64,000 nt of DNA from a virus (taxonomy: Duplodnaviria > Caudoviricetes): IMG/VR virus record IMGVR_UViG_3300028888_000001. The stretch is one strand, 5' to 3'. Position numbers and translations under genes: made by a program. The notes below the pieces were generated by a model, which was given only the letters and a program-made list of their open reading frames with translations, was not told the DNA's origin and ran no database searches. Shown here in pieces: positions 59,094 through 64,000 of this stretch (position 1 is the stretch's first letter; each line of letters begins with the position of its first letter).

Positions 59094-60269
59094 TTAAAAC
59101 AATGCAGCATTAGCTGAGTCTGGTATAGACTGTATCACATCGCTATAAACAAACTTTGTTTTACTATCTTTGTCTAAATCTTTAGCTGCTTTAGACTCTG
59201 CCGTTCTATCAGAGACATTAAGCTTATCAGAAAGCTTGTTAAAGAACTGAGCTACACGATTTTGTTTTTCAGCGATAGTCTTTCTTTCTGTTTCATCTCT
59301 AGTGAGATTGTTTTCTACATTATATGCATTCATAACTAAAAGCGCAGATTGAGCATCAAAATAATCAGACGCTTTAGTTCTAGCATAGTAGAAATAATAT
59401 ATAAGTTCTTTAATAATAATTATTAAAAGAACCAGTCCAAATACAACAGTAACTGCTCCAGTTATTATCGGATGAGCAACTGCCGCTTTACCAATTGTAG
59501 TAATTGCTGCACCAATAGTATCAGCAGGAGCTATAATTGGAATCGGAGCTTCTGTCACAACTTCAGCAGATTCATGCTTCTTAGCAAAATTGAATATCAA
59601 ACTATTTTTGATAGCATATTCCATAGTCTGATCAAATTTACCATTTGCGCATAGCTTATTAAAATGGACTAGATTTTTATATAGAATTTTCTGATCACCT
59701 TTAAGACGAGAAGCCTTATCAAATGCGATATTGAAACCCTTATTCTCAGGAAGCTTGATAAATTCAATACTAGATGAAATCATCAAAGATACTGCAGATA
59801 CTATGCTTAGAGCTAGAGTGTTATAAGACATAATAACCATGTCTACATTGCCTCTAAAGCCACGCATAAATAATTCTTTACGATCAACCATATTCTGTAG
59901 TGCTATAGATACTGTATCAACTAGAGAAGTTGGTTGTCTATAATTTGTCAAAATATCTGCAATAACTGAGATACAATCACTAAGCTCTTCATACTTATCT
60001 ATCTTTGTAATATCACCTTTAGAAAGTGGAATATTACCAAAATCTACATCGTCTACTTTAGAGACAATATGAGAATAGAGCTTACTAGCAAGAGCTTGCA
60101 TCATCATATTCTGATCTGCTTCGTTTACCGTAAGAAGAATTTTTCTTGTCATTTCATCTTTAGTATTGAAATATGACATGCATTCATTAAATTCTTTAGA
60201 CCTATAAATAGAGGAGTAGTCTACTGCTCTAGTATTGGAGGCCTCGTCTATCATATAAAAATCATACAT
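59094..60269 (-). CDS. late structural protein with a hydrophobic segment
   Basis: AAGGAGG RBS; ITGAVTVVFGLVLLIIII putative TM helix after a VTE-A site. Confidence 0.65.
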   Translation of the reverse strand: MYDFYMIDEASNTRAVDYSSIYRSKEFNECMSYFNTKDEMTRKILLTVNEADQNMMMQALASKLYSHIVSKVDDVDFGNIPLSKGDITKIDKYEELSDCISVIADILTNYRQPTSLVDTVSIALQNMVDRKELFMRGFRGNVDMVIMSYNTLALSIVSAVSLMISSSIEFIKLPENKGFNIAFDKASRLKGDQKILYKNLVHFNKLCANGKFDQTMEYAIKNSLIFNFAKKHESAEVVTEAPIPIIAPADTIGAAITTIGKAAVAHPIITGAVTVVFGLVLLIIIIKELIYYFYYARTKASDYFDAQSALLVMNAYNVENNLTRDETERKTIAEKQNRVAQFFNKLSDKLNVSDRTAESKAAKDLDKDSKTKFVYSDVIQSIPDSANAALF

Positions 60270-60290
60270 TTAGATTGGAACCTCCTTTCA

Positions 60291-61652
60291 TCATCGAGAA
60301 ATTTTATCCATAAGGTTAACAATTTTCTTATAGTCAGAGTCTTTGTTTTCTCTTGTAAGTGCTTGGTATGTTAAAGCTTCAAATGTATCGTCTCCATCAT
60401 ACAAGAACTTAGCAATTTCAACAGAGTCATCAATAAGAACAATGCCCATAAGATTAAAACTATTAAGAAGCACTCTACAAACTCCCGGTTTCTCAAGATC
60501 CATGTTAGAATATTTACGCATATACTCTACTTCTTCTTGAGATATAACTAGAGTCGTTATTGGGGAAGCATCGTTCTTTCCTAATAGAGAATAAAACTTA
60601 TTGTTTCTTGCTCTACGCTCTAATACTTTAAATAGCCTACTATTGACTGAATCTTTGGCTACATTAATAGCTTCGAATTTAGTCTTTTCAATAGCAAAAA
60701 GAAAATCGCGGAAAAAAGCGCGTTCCTTAGTGGAACAGCGGATTAGATTAAATAATGTATTATTATCTGAGTATTTATTGGTTAGCCTACGAATAAGATC
60801 CATAGATTCTACTGGATATAACTTGGCTTTAACACCAATTACTCCGTGTCTTTGGATAGAATTATTCCCAGCCATCGAAAGAAAATTAACAACCATCATA
60901 GTTGGCTGTAATTCATTAGCTTTCTCTAAATCTTTTTGAGATAAGATCTGAGAACTAAAGAATTTTTCATTATCATTGGATCTAAATTCGTCAGCTGTAT
61001 TTTTGTTATATATTGTTACAGGACTAGCCTTAGGCTCAGCGTCTTTGTTGGTAGATTGTCTTGAAGAAGTATCTTCAAGAGTTACTGTAACGTTGCCATA
61101 CATAGAAGTATTAACGGAATAATCATTAACGGAGCTTTCCCTAAGAAAAGTATTAGCTGCTTCGTTAATTCCTTTCATACATTCCATAACAGCATCGAAT
61201 TCATCTTTATCGATAACTTCAATAGCGCCCTCATGAACACCGGCGTTCATAGCTGTAATAAAGTCATCTAAGCTTAAAGCAGAACCAACTTTAAGATTAT
61301 GATGAAACTTACCGATGTAATCGTATAAGCTTTTGGTGTCTTTGTAATTGGTTAGATTCATTGCAGAGAATAAGATTTGTAATAGAGACACACATTTACG
61401 CTCAATTGCTTTAGTTAAGAGCATAGCAGTATCCCATTTTAATGAAGTTGAGACTAAAACTGGGAAAGTTAGTACTAGATCCGATGCTCGTCTAGAAATT
61501 GAACCGCTGTTGTGCCTTCCAGCCGATAGCCATTTACTCCCAACATCGGCTGCATTTCCAACAGCATTAACGACATCTGCAATACTAGTATCTTCGCAGA
61601 TATTCACAATATCCCGCATGATAGTTTTATTAATTTGCTGGGATTGATGCAT
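60291..61652 (-). CDS. late virion structural protein
   Basis: Late motif at 61686; AAAGGAGG before ATG 61652. Confidence 0.7.
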   Translation of the reverse strand: MHQSQQINKTIMRDIVNICEDTSIADVVNAVGNAADVGSKWLSAGRHNSGSISRRASDLVLTFPVLVSTSLKWDTAMLLTKAIERKCVSLLQILFSAMNLTNYKDTKSLYDYIGKFHHNLKVGSALSLDDFITAMNAGVHEGAIEVIDKDEFDAVMECMKGINEAANTFLRESSVNDYSVNTSMYGNVTVTLEDTSSRQSTNKDAEPKASPVTIYNKNTADEFRSNDNEKFFSSQILSQKDLEKANELQPTMMVVNFLSMAGNNSIQRHGVIGVKAKLYPVESMDLIRRLTNKYSDNNTLFNLIRCSTKERAFFRDFLFAIEKTKFEAINVAKDSVNSRLFKVLERRARNNKFYSLLGKNDASPITTLVISQEEVEYMRKYSNMDLEKPGVCRVLLNSFNLMGIVLIDDSVEIAKFLYDGDDTFEALTYQALTRENKDSDYKKIVNLMDKISR

Positions 61653-61736
61653 ATTCAAGCCTCCTTTCAAATTTTACTCTAATGTTTTATGTAAAAAAAT
61701 AAAGAGATTGAAAGCATTTTAACGTTTTAAGGTTAC

Positions 61737-62135
61737 TTATAGCTCAAAAATATCTTTGAGGAATGCTTCTACTTTACCGCCAGCTGTATTCTGATTTATT
61801 ATATGGTCGACATCGATTTCAAATTGGAATTTTTGATTGATCCAGTTCTTCCTGAATTCTTCATAGCTCATCTTAGTGTTATCCACTGGTCTGCACATAA
61901 GCTCAAGCTTGGTGTCGTTATTATAGATAACAATTGTGCTTCCTGGCGGAACAATTTGTTCTAAGACATACTTAGTTGCTTTCTTCTTAAAGAACTTTCC
62001 AATCTTATCAGCAGCAAACTCAATTGCTCCTAATAATTTGAAATCTGCGTCAGACTCCTCATAATATGACTCAGAATCATCATAACAGTTATTGTAGTCT
62101 ATATAGTCATAATCATTGTAATAACAATCTGTCAT
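61737..62135 (-). CDS. early hypothetical protein (Y/D-rich N-terminus)
   Basis: Only minus-strand early motif (62197-62186); GAGGGG RBS. Confidence 0.7.
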   Translation of the reverse strand: MTDCYYNDYDYIDYNNCYDDSESYYEESDADFKLLGAIEFAADKIGKFFKKKATKYVLEQIVPPGSTIVIYNNDTKLELMCRPVDNTKMSYEEFRKNWINQKFQFEIDVDHIINQNTAGGKVEAFLKDIFEL

Positions 62136-62289
62136 TTTATATCCCCTCTATAGAAATAATCATGCTTTCAATCTCTCCACTAAAATATAATATATAATTA
62201 TAAATATTTTTTCTCAAATAAAGCGTAAAAAGAGCTTCCTGGAACATTCTTATAATTAAAAATATATATGCGGAGAGGGGGTAATTTTA

Positions 62290-63777
62290 TTGGAACCTCT
62301 TGAGGGCAATGGTACAGTAGAATTTACAGAAATAGATGGAAATAGTCCGAAGAAAAGCTTTACTATTCCTAATACGACTTCTGTAATGCATAGAAATGGA
62401 ATATTTTCTACCGGTGAAGATGACTGGTATAATTCTGTAAACAGGTTTAGTTGGGTAGATTTAAGAAATCATATTCAGTATAATAGAGAATATTTATTCT
62501 TCACTAAACCTGATTTATATTTAATGGAAGGCTCTAATCTACAAGATGCCTACCTGAATGATTCATTAAAACATAGCCCATTTTTTGTAGATGCTTTTCA
62601 GAATCATAAAGAAGTTCTTGGGCAGCTACAATATTCAATAAATGATCGTAATGGTAGAGCAACACCATTTATGTTTCTTTTGACTAACTCTGTTAGCTCT
62701 AAGCTAGACTTGCCAGGAATTACAGCGGAATCTCACGAATCCACTACAAATATTTATGGTACATCTATATCATATAGAACTCATTCTCTAAAATCAGATA
62801 ATGGCTATGACTTCACTTTAAGTTTTAATGATACTAAGAACTTAGAGGTATATACACTAGCCAAAGCATATGATGAATATATCAGAATGAGCAAAACCGG
62901 TCAGATAAATATATTAAATGGCGCTCCAAAAGCAGAGATTCATAAAGATTATGTAATAAATAGAGTTCTTCCAGAACAATTTTCTATTTATAAATTTTTA
63001 ATAGCTGACGATGGAGAGACTATAGCCTACTATGCCAAAGCAACCGGTTGTTATTTTACAGATGTACCTAGAGCAGAATTTGGTGATCCGCAAGATGGTG
63101 TTGTTAAATTCTCTTTATCTTTCCATGCTAACTTTATAGAGGACAATAATCCTCTAATACTATCAGAATTTAATAATATAACTTTAGCTTCTAATGAGGT
63201 TGATATTCCTTATTCAGATATATGGACGGCAGACGGGATTAATAATGAGTGGGTTGTATTCCCGTGTATTAGAGCGTATAGCGATATTAGAGCAACCTCT
63301 AAAGCTATGTATAAAGATTATAGATTAAAATGGACTAACAAACCAAAAGCTGGAGTAAATCTAGTTGGCAGCTCAGATAATGGCGGTAGCAGATTCTATG
63401 GGCCATACTCATACCCAGGCGGTGGAATATTATCTGATCTTATGGGAGGTTATACACCTCAATCAGACTTCCAAGCTCCAAGACGACAAATAATACCAAC
63501 AATAGTAGATACAGTTAGAAGCTCTGTAGATACTATAGGTAATGGTCTTGATTGGGTTAGAAATCAAGTTGGCGACGTTGTAAGCAATGTATCTGATATC
63601 GTTTCATCTGCTCAGTCTAATCTAGAGGATAATTTTAGAACTCTATCTTTAAGAATTCAACCAGATGGACAGACTGTTACATTTGGTAATATTCTTGATT
63701 ATGCTGCAGATACAGCTCAAGGTATATACAATAATCTCTTTAATAGAAATAATAATCAACAAAGTCAAAATCCATGA
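62290..63777 (+). CDS. late tail-tube-like / baseplate structural protein
   Basis: Late motif at 62243; GGAGAGGGG with TTG start; function inferred from context. Confidence 0.55.
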   Translation: MEPLEGNGTVEFTEIDGNSPKKSFTIPNTTSVMHRNGIFSTGEDDWYNSVNRFSWVDLRNHIQYNREYLFFTKPDLYLMEGSNLQDAYLNDSLKHSPFFVDAFQNHKEVLGQLQYSINDRNGRATPFMFLLTNSVSSKLDLPGITAESHESTTNIYGTSISYRTHSLKSDNGYDFTLSFNDTKNLEVYTLAKAYDEYIRMSKTGQINILNGAPKAEIHKDYVINRVLPEQFSIYKFLIADDGETIAYYAKATGCYFTDVPRAEFGDPQDGVVKFSLSFHANFIEDNNPLILSEFNNITLASNEVDIPYSDIWTADGINNEWVVFPCIRAYSDIRATSKAMYKDYRLKWTNKPKAGVNLVGSSDNGGSRFYGPYSYPGGGILSDLMGGYTPQSDFQAPRRQIIPTIVDTVRSSVDTIGNGLDWVRNQVGDVVSNVSDIVSSAQSNLEDNFRTLSLRIQPDGQTVTFGNILDYAADTAQGIYNNLFNRNNNQQSQNP

Positions 63778-63800
63778 AAGAAAGGAGTGAGAAAATATAA

Positions 63801-64000
63801 ATGGCCTCTACTAATACAAATACTAATTCTGAAACTCTAATATCGACAGATATATTTGAGATTGCAGAATTTTATGATTATATTAGAGCAAATCATATAC
63901 CTGACTTGGATGAGACTTCATCTATGGTTGGTATATTTGGTTATATGAATGAGATGTTTTCTCAGTCTCTTCAGAATACGCTTATAGCTATAAGCGAGAC
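63801..64000 (+). CDS. 5' part of a late structural (possibly baseplate) protein, runs off window
   Basis: AAAGGAG RBS; ATG 63801; frame open to window end. Confidence 0.6.
   Translation, partial: MASTNTNTNSETLISTDIFEIAEFYDYIRANHIPDLDETSSMVGIFGYMNEMFSQSLQNTLIAISE

Noticed and set aside
1-64000. CRISPR arrays, tRNA/rRNA genes, IS elements, alternative genetic code
   Set aside because: No repeat-spacer periodicity, cloverleaf or transposase motifs were seen; conserved genes are full length in the standard code

Overview
AT-rich segment of a jumbo myophage of the AR9/PBS1 (phiKZ-related) type, probably infecting a spore-forming Firmicute (strong AAGGAGG Shine-Dalgarno sites, a Spo0A-C-like gene). 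It encodes both halves of a split multisubunit RNAP beta' (NADYDGD motif), a GroEL-like chaperonin, T4 gp21-like prohead protease, major capsid protein with a (GGGTT)n tail, primase, SF2 helicase, DHH phosphoesterase, NADAR protein, HNH-AP2 endonuclease, baseplate/tail genes and about 7 paralogous internal-head proteins. A 377-nt ORF-less group I intron (25197-25573) interrupts a probable sigma-like RNAP subunit gene. Two promoter classes can be read from the sequence: early-type TT(A/G)TATATTATA (13 sites) and late-type nAC(A/T)-N6-TA (over 20 sites, AR9-like). Using them to read the intergenic DNA reveals an unannotated RNA layer. The first part is late small RNAs and a 3'UTR carrying an anti-start-codon plus anti-Shine-Dalgarno module (CAU-N7-11-CUCCUU) just before their terminators, a candidate phage translational-silencing system. 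The second is a ~360-nt highly nested early ncRNA of unknown class at 17931-18294. The third is an early micro-transcript encoding a 10-aa peptide. Also notable are a Spo0A-C-like effector and a stand-alone pseudo-receiver under late promoters, and two candidate programmed -1 frameshifts. All protein calls come from motif recognition by eye; no database searches were run.
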